Shown here in pieces: positions 55,167 through 64,000 of a stretch of DNA of 64,000 nucleotides; position 1 is the first letter of the stretch, and each line of letters begins with the position of its first letter. The stretch is from the IMG/VR virus record IMGVR_UViG_2799112278_000002, positions 20,718 through 84,717 of that record; one strand, 5' to 3'. The notes beneath the pieces were generated by a model. That model saw only the letters and a program-made list of their open reading frames with translations. It was not told where the DNA came from and did not search any database. The position numbers were made by a program, and so were the translations under genes. This DNA comes from a virus (Duplodnaviria; Caudoviricetes).

Positions 55167-55186
55167 TTTTATCTACCGCCCCTTCT

Positions 55187-56983
55187 CTAATCTAATCCAA
55201 ATTCATCTAAAAATTGACTAGGCGACGCATTTACCATGTTTCCGCTCCAATCGGACACAGCATCAGCATACGTTAAATGAAGCCTGTTTTTCGCTCTTGT
55301 AGCAGCCACATAAGCAAGCCGACGTTCCTCTTCGATCTCACCGCGTTTTGACGGAAATACGCCCTGGTTCATTCCCACAAGGTAAACTGTGTCAAATTCA
55401 AGCCCTTTGCTGCCGTGTATGGTCATTAAATTTATGGCATCTTTTTTCTCAGTTAATTTTTCTTGGATATCCCTGAAGCGCAAATGCTTCAGAAACGCTT
55501 TCACGGAATAATCCTCATTAACTCGTTGCTTAGATGCTTGCCAGCGTTCAATTACAGGGATAGCTCGATCTACTTCACTTTGCGAGCCAACTATCACATT
55601 GCGAATAGCATTAACATGGGCAAGCGGCGAATCTTCGACCTTACTTATCGCCTCATTTATCGGGAGACTTGCACTTTCAAAAAATACTTGCCCAACAGAA
55701 AATTTTAGGCTTGCTTGACAAAGCGATACTTCCATGTTTAAAGCATATAGTTCGATTTCTGCCATTTTGATACTGTTAATAGCAAAGTTTTTAAATACCC
55801 GTTTAAAAGCCATATCATCAGCGTTGTTTTGCATGAAATACATCCAGTCTATGATTCGCTTAACCATGGGAGCCTTATAAGGATCTTCTTGCCCTCCTAC
55901 TCGCAGACACGGCAATCCCCGCCGTTCCAACTCCCATTTGATACTATCCAGTTTTGCATTTGTTCTGGCCAGTACCGCAATTTCTTTATATGGCATGTCC
56001 TGAGACATAGCCGCTATAGAATCTGCAACTGCAGCATTTTCCTTATAAGCATCTTCATACCGATCCAAACTAACAGCGCAGCCGAACTTGTGAGCAATCA
56101 GTTTTTTGTCAACTCGTTTGACATTGAACCTGATTAATCGATTAGCAACGTCCACAATCTGTTCAGTCGATCGATAATTGTCCTCCAGTTTGATAACTTC
56201 GCAACCGGGATTGTTCTTTTCGAAGTTCACTATAAAATCAACTTTTGCCCCCCGCCACTCATAAATACTCTGGTCCGCGTCACCTACTATAAACAAGTTA
56301 CGCGCTCTAAGCAGATCCACCATATACGCCTGCTCTTTGTCAGTATCTTGAAACTCATCAACAAAAACATGCGAATACTGATTTTGATAATGGGCAAGTA
56401 TTGTCGGATGTAATTCCCACAACCGAATAACTAAATCCACCAGCCGGTTTAAATCCACTGCATTATTCTGCTTGCACCGGTATCCGTATTCTTCAAGTAC
56501 TCTACATTCTTCCGGATACGCTCGACGTTCTTCCCGCACATCACCACATTTTTTATGACGCTCTACAACCTTGCTTAAAGTTGTGCGGTTCCCCAAGTCA
56601 GCAATAATCTTTTTAAATAGCTCATTCCGGTCCTCTTGATCATAAATGGAAAAGTTTTCTTCAATGCCTAATAAATGACCATGCTCTTTTAGTACTGACA
56701 CCGCAAAAGCATCAAACGTATTAGAGAACAACTCCTTTGCCGCATCCTCACCAATCAGTTTTATGACACGTTCCTTCATTTCCAGGCCAGCAAGTCGGGT
56801 AAAAGTTAAACAAAGTATGTTGGATGTTTTGATTCCATGATTTAAAACCAGATTGGCGACTCTCTTCGTTAGCACTGTTGTCTTGCCACTACCGGCACCT
56901 GCTATACAGAGAATGACAGGAGCGGTAGTAATTACCGCTCTTTCTTGTTGTTCATTAAGGCCATTAAGCAATTCTGGCATCAT
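55187..56983 (-). CDS. UvrD/PcrA/Rep-family helicase
   Basis: AGAGSGKT, VDEFQDT, VGD.DQSIY.WRGA, NYRS, TIHGSKGLEF, EERRLAYVA.TRAK. Confidence 0.92.
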   Translation of the reverse strand: MMPELLNGLNEQQERAVITTAPVILCIAGAGSGKTTVLTKRVANLVLNHGIKTSNILCLTFTRLAGLEMKERVIKLIGEDAAKELFSNTFDAFAVSVLKEHGHLLGIEENFSIYDQEDRNELFKKIIADLGNRTTLSKVVERHKKCGDVREERRAYPEECRVLEEYGYRCKQNNAVDLNRLVDLVIRLWELHPTILAHYQNQYSHVFVDEFQDTDKEQAYMVDLLRARNLFIVGDADQSIYEWRGAKVDFIVNFEKNNPGCEVIKLEDNYRSTEQIVDVANRLIRFNVKRVDKKLIAHKFGCAVSLDRYEDAYKENAAVADSIAAMSQDMPYKEIAVLARTNAKLDSIKWELERRGLPCLRVGGQEDPYKAPMVKRIIDWMYFMQNNADDMAFKRVFKNFAINSIKMAEIELYALNMEVSLCQASLKFSVGQVFFESASLPINEAISKVEDSPLAHVNAIRNVIVGSQSEVDRAIPVIERWQASKQRVNEDYSVKAFLKHLRFRDIQEKLTEKKDAINLMTIHGSKGLEFDTVYLVGMNQGVFPSKRGEIEEERRLAYVAATRAKNRLHLTYADAVSDWSGNMVNASPSQFLDEFGLD

Positions 56984-59126
56984 TACCATCCTCCGCGCCA
57001 CTGAGATTCCATACCGTCCAGTTATCAGCTGTAAAATCAAATTCAATCGCGCCAGCCAGTATGATATTATCCAGCTTACCTCTTACTTCAGCTAAACCGT
57101 TTAGGAGCAGTTGAAAGTTCTTTTTGTCTAAGTGGTTTAGGTTATCCATTACCAACAGTCGCAGTTTAGGTTTCGCACGGTCAATAATTGTGACCATCAT
57201 AGCCGCTAAGAAAACCGTTTGTTGCCCTGTAGAAAGAGCGTCAAAGTTAACATAGTGGCCTTTCGCATTAATCCATCCAAATTGAAATATCTCTTTACCG
57301 GTATCACTCTCTGTTTGGAAAAACGGTTCATAATCGAATCCCATTAACGCCAGGTTTGCACCAATATCCTCTTTGATAGGCTGCAAAATTTCCTTTACAA
57401 GTTCCCCTTGTACGCCTTTTGCCCCCAAGGTATCCGCAATAAGTTTTGAGCAAGTAGCATTATATTCAGCCTTACGGTTATTAATCATGGACTGTTGCAC
57501 CATAATAAGAGCCTGCCTTGCTTTCTCTTTTTGATCAACAACTGCTTTTAAGCTGGTTATTGCAGTTCGGCTATTCTCAGCACGTTCTTTAAGGGGGCCT
57601 ATATCTATCACTACTTCATCCGGCTCCGCTTGCAGTCTGTTCAATTCTTCCCGATACACCTTAAGTTTGCTGTCACGGTCTGCATTTTTCTGGACATACC
57701 CATTCCGTTCATTAGTCAATTCAGTAATCGACTTGTTAATGGAGGCATTGCGCTGGTTAATTTCCTGCGCTTCTTTAGCCAGTTGCGCCTGCCTGTTTTG
57801 CTGGTCTGTCTCCTGCTCATCGAGAATTTTAATCTGGCCTTCTATGCCAGCCACTTCTTTTTCTAGTTCAGCAACTTTAGCATCTGCCGCAACCTTATTC
57901 CGTTTAACGCCATCCACCAGTGCAGGGTCCGAAAAGTCTTTCGGGCATTTAACCATGTGATGAGCTACGCACCTGCCGGAGAGCTCACCAACCTTCCTGA
58001 GAGCATCTTCTAAAGTTGCTACAGTAGTTTTGATTGTGCTAATTGTACTCTTTACGCCTCGGGCTTTATCTTCAAGTTCTTTTCGGCTCACTCGTATATC
58101 AGAAATCTTAGTTTTGATGGTTGCTAACTCATTGTCATTGTTAGGTGGATCTACCAATTGGCCTTGATGTTCAGAAATTTTGGTATCAAGCGCAATAAGG
58201 TCATGCACTGGTAATTCTTCCAGTTTCGCTATTTCTAAATTCAACATGGCAAGACGTGCGTTTTTTTTATCGGCCGCTTTCTGTTTTTCCTCACCAGCTG
58301 TAAGTTGCTTTTCAATATCAATCAGGCTATTCTGCAATAGCTCAAGTTCTTGCTTTTTGGCTACAATACCCCGCTCAGTTTCTTCGAGATCATTCTTTAA
58401 CTCACTGATTTGGCGAACCGCTCCCTGAGCATCTTTTTGCTTACTGGACCAGAACTTTTTTTCCGTTTCCAGCCAGCCAAGCATGGATTGTAGTCCTTCA
58501 CTTACTCCAAATCCGATTGGATACTCTGCAATTGCTTTTGTGATGAGTTCTTGCATCACGCTAAACTGCTCGGGATTATTGATCTGCAATTCATCTGTTA
58601 GCAGTTTCTTAGAAAGGTAATCTTCAATCCGGTCACGGTTCCATGAGTCGGATGTGATTGGACTAAGGCCGTAAATAAAATCCCGTCGTTTTGCATCGGA
58701 CATTGATAAAAACTCACTAAAGTCCATCATCACTGGGAAATTCCCAATCTCTGTCCCAATCCGGATACTTTTATCTGTATCAGTCCGTTCACCGGCGCTC
58801 GGTGAAACAGAAATGCTTTCTTTAATCGTTACAGTAGTCTCACCATTTTTAGCATTACGCTTTTCGCTTCTTGTTAGAGTTCGCACATGGCTAAAAGATT
58901 CTGTCCGAAGCCCAACACTCATATTGTCGCCGGTGGACATTTTAAAAGTATCCGTAGCTGTCTTCTTTTGCCCAGGAACATAACCAAGCATGGCATAACC
59001 AAGCGCCTGAATTCGAGTAGTTTTACCGGCTCCATTACGGCCAGTAAAGATATCCATACCAGTTAGCTCCTGCACAGCTGTTTGCCCTTTCATATTTTTA
59101 AACTCAATGGCAGTTAATTTACTCAT
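56964..59126 (-). CDS. SMC/Rad50/SbcC-like coiled-coil ATPase
   Basis: GRNGAGKT, long coiled coil with C...H...C hook-like centre, LSTGQQ signature, MDNL Walker B. Confidence 0.85.
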   Translation of the reverse strand: MSKLTAIEFKNMKGQTAVQELTGMDIFTGRNGAGKTTRIQALGYAMLGYVPGQKKTATDTFKMSTGDNMSVGLRTESFSHVRTLTRSEKRNAKNGETTVTIKESISVSPSAGERTDTDKSIRIGTEIGNFPVMMDFSEFLSMSDAKRRDFIYGLSPITSDSWNRDRIEDYLSKKLLTDELQINNPEQFSVMQELITKAIAEYPIGFGVSEGLQSMLGWLETEKKFWSSKQKDAQGAVRQISELKNDLEETERGIVAKKQELELLQNSLIDIEKQLTAGEEKQKAADKKNARLAMLNLEIAKLEELPVHDLIALDTKISEHQGQLVDPPNNDNELATIKTKISDIRVSRKELEDKARGVKSTISTIKTTVATLEDALRKVGELSGRCVAHHMVKCPKDFSDPALVDGVKRNKVAADAKVAELEKEVAGIEGQIKILDEQETDQQNRQAQLAKEAQEINQRNASINKSITELTNERNGYVQKNADRDSKLKVYREELNRLQAEPDEVVIDIGPLKERAENSRTAITSLKAVVDQKEKARQALIMVQQSMINNRKAEYNATCSKLIADTLGAKGVQGELVKEILQPIKEDIGANLALMGFDYEPFFQTESDTGKEIFQFGWINAKGHYVNFDALSTGQQTVFLAAMMVTIIDRAKPKLRLLVMDNLNHLDKKNFQLLLNGLAEVRGKLDNIILAGAIEFDFTADNWTVWNLSGAEDGNDARIA

Positions 59127-59872
59127 ACTGCTTCGCCTCCAAATATTGCTTCAACTGTAGGTTTGGAATTATCCATTTTGCCATTCAATTCTGCTAAGCA
59201 AGCTTTTGCTGCAGATCGGACAACTTCGTTCTTCGCATTATTTGCTAACCAGCGCAACTGATCAATATCTAAATCCGATAGTTTAGTCATGGTACCTTTA
59301 TTCGATATGGCCACGTCACCGGCTGTTGTTGGTGCAGAACTTGCTTTATTCGTTAATATGGGAGTTGCTGCCGCTGTTACCGCAAGTGCTGAATTATGGA
59401 CAGGCTTTTTATCATAGGAAAACCCTTCCGGCAGCGCCCATAACGGTAAGCGTGGAGTTGATTTTAACTTAAATGAGTTTTTCCCATACGGCTCAATTGG
59501 AACCCATTCGTTTTCCAATTCATACAAGTATCGTCCAATCCCCCACTGCACGGCAGCACGTTTCATAGAATCGCTTAAACCGCCTTTAGTAGCCTCTGTT
59601 GCACTGTCATTTGCTCCATCCCATTTTGTAATCCATTCTCCGTTATGCAAAATGGATATACCACAAAGTTGGCTATTGGCTTTCCACTCACGATACTCAT
59701 TTTTCCATCCGAAGGGGCCAAAAACTTCGTCTAATCTAGTCTGAATTGCGCGGTTTGTAACATACGCCAATGCAATTCCTTTTAATTTATCGGCCGTTGT
59801 AGCACCTACACGCCACTCCACTTCACTTGGAAGAAAAGGCTCTTGCAGTTTCTTTTTTATATCATCTTGCAT
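59123..59872 (-). CDS. Rad52/Rad22-family (Sak-like) ssDNA annealing protein
   Basis: YVTNRAIQTRLDEVFG..GW, KGGLSDSMKRAAVQWGIGRYLY. Confidence 0.9.
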   Translation of the reverse strand: MQDDIKKKLQEPFLPSEVEWRVGATTADKLKGIALAYVTNRAIQTRLDEVFGPFGWKNEYREWKANSQLCGISILHNGEWITKWDGANDSATEATKGGLSDSMKRAAVQWGIGRYLYELENEWVPIEPYGKNSFKLKSTPRLPLWALPEGFSYDKKPVHNSALAVTAAATPILTNKASSAPTTAGDVAISNKGTMTKLSDLDIDQLRWLANNAKNEVVRSAAKACLAELNGKMDNSKPTVEAIFGGEAV

Positions 59873-60408
59873 TGTTGCCCCGCCTCCACTTCTGTGGTAA
59901 CATAGGTACTAACATTATTTTGATATGCTGTATTGCTAACCGCTTCTGCGCCAACAGGAGCGGCTTTTTCTTTTGGTATAAGCGAATTAATATACTTTCT
60001 TACTATTTTATGCTGATCTTCAAGCGTAAGGCCGTGTTTCAACTGTTCACGATCAATTAGAGTGAACCAATTAGCACCTCCAAGCCTTTGCGTTGCCTTA
60101 AAAGGATGTTTTCCTGCAGAAAAATCAACTATATCAAAATCGGTGCCAATTATTCGTGCAAACATCCCGTTTGTTAAGTGAATTTCAATTTCTTTCTTAT
60201 GGTTAATGCCTATGGACATCGCTTTAGTTTCTTCAAAAACCTCTTTCATCGCAGTTACCATACTTTCAACTCGTTCGAATAAAGCCATATTTATATCCTC
60301 CTTTATTTCATCTTTGCACGGGTTACAAACCTCAACATATTTGCTATGATCAACTATATTTCTTCCGGTTACGTCGTCAAAGCAAACGCCGCAACAATCG
60401 CAAAACAT
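59857..60408 (-). CDS. Hypothetical protein
   Basis: 183-aa ORF, CDCC...C.PC N-terminus. Confidence 0.55.
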   Translation of the reverse strand: MFCDCCGVCFDDVTGRNIVDHSKYVEVCNPCKDEIKEDINMALFERVESMVTAMKEVFEETKAMSIGINHKKEIEIHLTNGMFARIIGTDFDIVDFSAGKHPFKATQRLGGANWFTLIDREQLKHGLTLEDQHKIVRKYINSLIPKEKAAPVGAEAVSNTAYQNNVSTYVTTEVEAGQQCKMI

Positions 60409-60411
60409 AAC

Positions 60412-60615
60412 TTACACCTTCCCTTCAATGTGATTGTTAGGCTCTCCCAAATATTCACGAAGCTCTGCCAATTGTTTTTTAATAAGCAAAGAATCAGCTG
60501 GATTCCATGAGCCTTCTGCTGCTGTAATGTTTCCATCAGTAAGGTTACGGCATAATTGAAGGGCCATCGCGCGTAACCTTATGAGCTCATCGAGCAGATC
60601 GCCATATTCAGACGT
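60412..60615 (-). CDS. 67-codon ORF with ACG start or read-through, not in track
   Basis: AGGAGG 8 nt before ACG; open to TAA at 60412; in frame with the antirepressor TAG. Confidence 0.45.
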   Translation of the reverse strand, partial: TSEYGDLLDELIRLRAMALQLCRNLTDGNITAAEGSWNPADSLLIKKQLAELREYLGEPNNHIEGKV

Positions 60616-60627
60616 TTTAATCCCCTC

Positions 60628-61440
60628 CTAAGCCACATATTTAATCAACATTTCTTTTACGATACCGGTATATATTTCTTTCAGCCGCTTATCTGACTCT
60701 ATAACATCCATTTTGGTAATAGAGTTTATTTTTGTCTTTGTGGCGCCAGTATCTTCAAGGCGCTGTCTCATATTACGAATCCGCGTATTTAGATCACAAG
60801 CTGCTCTTTCTTCAAGCAACATATAACTTTCTGAACGAATGGCCTGATAATTCTTATCTGCACTGCATTTCGCGATTCTATTTACCATAGTATTAATTGA
60901 ATCACGCCAGTTATCATCACGCTGAATGATAGTCTCTTTAACGACTTCTAACCGCTGCTCAATATAGCCGGTCCGTTCGATAGCCTCAGTAGCTTTTGAG
61001 TTAGCTTCTACCAAATCAAGTTGCAATTTAGCTGTGTTATCAAGAATTAACTTAAACATTTGTAATTCTGGTGATAGCTTGGAATAATCAATGAGCAATT
61101 GAGCTTGTTTCGTTCTAAAGTACGATTCTTCCAAAATATCATACTGTTGCCAAGCTTTATCGGTGTCGAGAATTTTACAGTGGCGATTAGCGCCGCGCTC
61201 AGTCCAAAGGTACAGCTGCGATGTAAATTTAAAGGGCTGGTCAATATCGTTGACTACCCTTTTGAATTCTTGCAACTCCTCGCTTTGTAGAAAAAAATAA
61301 TCTCTACCTTCAACAAAACGATCTTTGTTATTAGAGAAATTATTTTTGATGTTATTGCTGTCAGTCTCATAAACTTGTGCTAATTGCTGAGTTGTCAATA
61401 CTCGTTGCCCACGGTGCTCTAAAATCGACAAATTACTCAT
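60628..61440 (-). CDS. Antirepressor, ORF6N domain
   Basis: GQRVLTTQQLAQVYET...F..N..RF.EG..YF.L; LWTERGA..H.K.L.TD.AW. Confidence 0.85.
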   Translation of the reverse strand: MSNLSILEHRGQRVLTTQQLAQVYETDSNNIKNNFSNNKDRFVEGRDYFFLQSEELQEFKRVVNDIDQPFKFTSQLYLWTERGANRHCKILDTDKAWQQYDILEESYFRTKQAQLLIDYSKLSPELQMFKLILDNTAKLQLDLVEANSKATEAIERTGYIEQRLEVVKETIIQRDDNWRDSINTMVNRIAKCSADKNYQAIRSESYMLLEERAACDLNTRIRNMRQRLEDTGATKTKINSITKMDVIESDKRLKEIYTGIVKEMLIKYVA

Positions 61441-61452
61441 ACACCCTCCACC

Positions 61453-61653
61453 CTAAACCGATCTACCGCTATTAGCGATCCATCTTTCTAATTTATCCCG
61501 ATACACTCGATACTTTTTGGGACCGAGTTTTACAAGCGGAAACCCTTCTGAATGAATAATTTCATATACAATAGTACGAGAAACATTAAGCCTTTCAGCT
61601 ACTTCTTTTATTTTCATCAATGGCTCGGTTTTCTTTTCAGTCGTACAAATCAT
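61453..61653 (-). CDS. Excisionase-like HTH
   Basis: LMKIKEVAERLNVSR..VY.......FP.VKLG...RV. Confidence 0.8.
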   Translation of the reverse strand: MICTTEKKTEPLMKIKEVAERLNVSRTIVYEIIHSEGFPLVKLGPKKYRVYRDKLERWIANSGRSV

Positions 61654-61819
61654 CTATACTCACCCCCAATGCCTTAGCAATTCTTTCCAACTGATCTTTA
61701 TGACTTGGCAAGGTTTTCCTTGTTTCCAAATCGGCTAACGATGATCGCGGCACACCAGCTTCATTTGCAAGTCGTTGCTGACTCCAACCTTTTTCAACTC
61801 GGAGTCTTTTTATTTTCAT
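61637..61819 (-). CDS. Cro-like XRE regulator
   Basis: IKRLR..KGWSQ..LA..AGV.RS.L..LE...P. Confidence 0.85.
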   Translation of the reverse strand: MKIKRLRVEKGWSQQRLANEAGVPRSSLADLETRKTLPSHKDQLERIAKALGVSIDDLYD

Positions 61820-61834
61820 TACTACATCTTTCCT

Positions 61835-62000
61835 TTCCGGTTATTCCGAAAAAGACTTGCTGCGACGTTTTAATTCTATCGGATATTCCGATACAAGTCA
61901 ATACTATTTTGCACATTTTACTACAAAATATTTCGGTATTTCCGAAAAGGTTTATAAATAAAAAAATCGAATAATACCAAAGTTTACAGGTATTATTCGA
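61835..62000. promoter_or_regulatory. Lysis/lysogeny switch: operators and cro promoter
   Basis: TTCCGG-N5-CCGAAA 61835, TATCGG-N5-CCGATA 61877, TTTCGG-N5-CCGAAA 61931; inverted pair TCGAATAATACC 61967/61989; - strand TTGACT-17-TAGAAT (61873-61901). Confidence 0.8.
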
Positions 62001-62042
62001 CATGAAAATCGCATATAATATGGAATCGAAAGGAGAATTATC

Positions 62043-62414
62043 GTGCATTTTATCGGCTCAAAACTTAGAAGTTTACGAGAGGGCAAAAATTTACGTATTG
62101 AAGATTTATCGGAAATTACAGGTATTAGCGTTTCCACTCTTTCCGATATTGAGACGGGAGAAACAAAAAACCCACGAAAAGCCACTGTCAAACTCATATG
62201 TGATGCACTTAAAGTACCTGAAACTTATTTTTACCTTGAAGATTCACGCCTACCCACAGACTTAATTCCAGAAATGCCGGAAGAAACACGTAACTTCATA
62301 ATGAATGGACGAAATGTACCATTTCTTGTTCTTACAGAAAAAGCAGCTAAAAACGGCCTAACACCAGAACAATTCGACAAACTCTTAGAGCTATGGTTGG
62401 AAATAAAAAAGTAG
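62043..62414 (+). CDS. CI-like XRE repressor without S24 peptidase domain
   Basis: KLRSLREGK.L.IEDLSE.TGIS.STLS.IE.G..KNP; 123 aa; divergent from cro. Confidence 0.85.
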   Translation: MHFIGSKLRSLREGKNLRIEDLSEITGISVSTLSDIETGETKNPRKATVKLICDALKVPETYFYLEDSRLPTDLIPEMPEETRNFIMNGRNVPFLVLTEKAAKNGLTPEQFDKLLELWLEIKK

Positions 62415-62438
62415 CCTTCCGGAATTTGGTGGCTACTT
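62409..62438. terminator. Bidirectional terminator
   Basis: AAGTAGCC...GGCTACTT flanked by A and T tracts. Confidence 0.65.
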
Positions 62439-62446
62439 ATTTTTAT

Positions 62447-62575
62447 TTACCTCGTTATCGAAAATTCCTTTAGAAATTCCTGTAAATAGTTAGGATCAAC
62501 TATGTAACTTCCATCCTCCTTCCTGAGCCATTTAGCAGCTTCAAAAAGATCTTTGATAATGTAGTTTGGCTCCAT
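62447..62575 (-). CDS. 42-aa ORF under a LexA box (candidate antirepressor), not in track
   Basis: RBS GGTGGGAG; MEPNYIIKDLFEAAKWLRKEDGSYIVDPNYLQEFLKEFSITR. Confidence 0.55.
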   Translation of the reverse strand: MEPNYIIKDLFEAAKWLRKEDGSYIVDPNYLQEFLKEFSITR

Positions 62576-62653
62576 GTTCCACGCTCCCACCTTGATCGTC
62601 ATACCATTATTCGCCATATATGACTACAATTCCTGTTAAAAAGATAAAAAAAT

Positions 62654-62667
62654 AGAACATATGTTCG
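62654..62667. promoter_or_regulatory. Gram-positive LexA box
   Basis: AGAACATATGTTCG; degenerate GAACATTATTTC at 62681-62692. Confidence 0.8.
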
Positions 62668-62803
62668 ACATTGTAAGTCATGAACATTATTTCTTCTCGT
62701 CAAATTTGAAATATTCCTGCAGAATTAAGTAATAATTTTCCAACAAATTCTTACAAAATACACTCTTTTTTTTAAACGAACAATTAATAGATGGAGAGGT
62801 ACC

Positions 62804-64000
62804 ATGGAAACTGAAAACACCGATAAAGTAAAAAAGAAAAAGAAAAAGAAAACTAAACGAGGTAATGGCGAAGGTACAATTTATGAATATAAAAACGGTT
62901 ATGCTGCTCAAATAACCGTAGGTAGAAACGACGAAGGTAAGTTGATCCGTAAAACAGTCTACGGAAAAACACGCGAAATTGTTAAAGACAAATTACTTCA
63001 ATTGCAAATCCAAAATCACCAGGCAGCATTAGTCAAGAGCAGTACCGATACTATGGAGACAGCTATTAATGCTTTCTTGCAGAAAAAGAAGTTATCTGTT
63101 TCAGCCGGTACTTGGCACAAGTATGAAATAAATGCCAGAGTACATGTCATCTCCTACTTTAAGGACGACAAAATAAATGAAGTTACGAAGCCCGATGTTC
63201 AAAAATTTATTGGCATAAAAGCCCAAACATTGGCCCCTGCAACAGTAAAAATACTGCACCTTATCCTCCAGCAAGTTTTCAATGATGCAATTGATAACGA
63301 CTTAATAGTAAAAAACCCTGCTGATAGAATTGAACTTCCAACTATAGAAATGCGTGAACTTGATCCTCTAACAGAAGCTGAAATGACTAAAATCTTGGAA
63401 GTGTGCTTCGGAACAAGATTATATCCAGTCGTTTTAACTGAATATGGTACTGGGCTCAGGCGATCAGAGATCTTAGCCCTAAAATGGGAGGATTTTGATT
63501 TCGCTAATAAAACCGTAAGTATTAAACGCAGTTACGTTAGAGTAAAGTCCAAGGCTACAATTCAGAACAAGACTAAGAGTAAATCATCCAAAGCGGTGAT
63601 TGCAGTTCCGGATTTTGTTATTGACTATCTCCAAAATCTTGAAAGAACAAGTGAATATGTCTTTGCACAAAAAGATAAAAAGCCTCTTAATCCCAATAAT
63701 TTCAGGAGAGACTTTAAAATTAAAGTGGACAAACTATATAATTCCGGTGAATTAAGCGTAGAAAACCTCAGGTTCCATGATTTGCGCCATAACTATGCAA
63801 GTCAACTTGTAGCTTTAAATGTTCATCAGCGGCTAATACAGGCCCAAATGAGGCATGCTGACCCACGGACTACATCCAGATATCAGCATACCACCCTAGA
63901 AGGCCAACAAGGGGTAGCTAATACACTTAATACTGCAATTACTGCAGTAATTCCGGGTTGCAGTACGGTTGCAGTAAATGACAAAAAAAACGAGGCTTAA
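62804..64000 (+). CDS. int: Tyrosine integrase
   Basis: RGNGEGTIY arm, GLRRSEILAL, RFHDLRH, MRH.....T.RY.H. Confidence 0.93.
   Translation: METENTDKVKKKKKKKTKRGNGEGTIYEYKNGYAAQITVGRNDEGKLIRKTVYGKTREIVKDKLLQLQIQNHQAALVKSSTDTMETAINAFLQKKKLSVSAGTWHKYEINARVHVISYFKDDKINEVTKPDVQKFIGIKAQTLAPATVKILHLILQQVFNDAIDNDLIVKNPADRIELPTIEMRELDPLTEAEMTKILEVCFGTRLYPVVLTEYGTGLRRSEILALKWEDFDFANKTVSIKRSYVRVKSKATIQNKTKSKSSKAVIAVPDFVIDYLQNLERTSEYVFAQKDKKPLNPNNFRRDFKIKVDKLYNSGELSVENLRFHDLRHNYASQLVALNVHQRLIQAQMRHADPRTTSRYQHTTLEGQQGVANTLNTAITAVIPGCSTVAVNDKKNEA

Larger units (their letters stand above)
1..64000. mobile_element. Temperate phage/prophage with podovirus-like morphogenesis genes, truncated on the left
   Basis: Integrase, switch, replication, packaging, head and tail modules in canonical order; no host genes. 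Confidence 0.95.

Noticed and set aside
55187-59126. Gabija/Lamassu/Wadjet defence system
   Set aside because: No OLD/TOPRIM nuclease, effector or kleisin; embedded in the early recombination operon next to Sak
63960-64000. attL/attR site
   Set aside because: The window ends at the integrase stop; no flanking sequence to test

Overview
The whole window is the right-hand ~64 kb of one large temperate phage/prophage (>64 kb). Its left end continues beyond base 1, no host genes or att site are visible, and the integrase ends exactly at base 64000. Almost all genes lie on the - strand. Reading right to left: tyrosine integrase, a LexA-boxed micro-ORF, XRE repressor/Cro switch with TCGG-N5-CCGA operators, excisionase, ORF6N antirepressor; Sak/Rad52, SMC-like ATPase, UvrD helicase, beta-clamp; DUF5131, SNF2-methyltransferase fusion, initiator with internal iterons, DnaC-like loader; two sigma factors (SigH-like, SigF/G-like), PAPS-reductase-like protein, C5 methyltransferase, ASCH, J-domain, SSB, RusA, SNF2, tandem MazG; a + strand LexA-boxed UmuC/DinB cassette; a self-contained micro-ORF operon whose genes end in GCAGAGTGA+hairpin; HNH, radical SAM, RinA-like activator; late region with ACP, two tRNAs, terS/terL; then podovirus-type head and tail genes (P22-like portal, N4-gp56/DUF4043-like capsid, adaptors, nozzle, 1530-aa fibre with S74 chaperone, lambda-J-like spike). 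Gram-positive LexA boxes, sporulation-type genes and Proteobacteria-phage-like tail-tip proteins suggest (inference) a spore-forming diderm Firmicute host (Negativicutes, Sporomusaceae-like). Top candidates for a new system: (1) a ~3.1 kb island between terL and portal with a clear Tad1-family sponge, a Gp49/66 (Acb4-like) domain, a PNK-like kinase, SpoVS and several unknown small proteins; (2) the repeated 'AE-stop+hairpin' micro-ORF operon with a divergent HTH gene (Acr/Aca-like layout); (3) a late ACP + structured RNA + atypical GUA tRNA block; (4) a putative LexA-controlled 42-aa antirepressor. All family calls are from motif recognition, not database searches.
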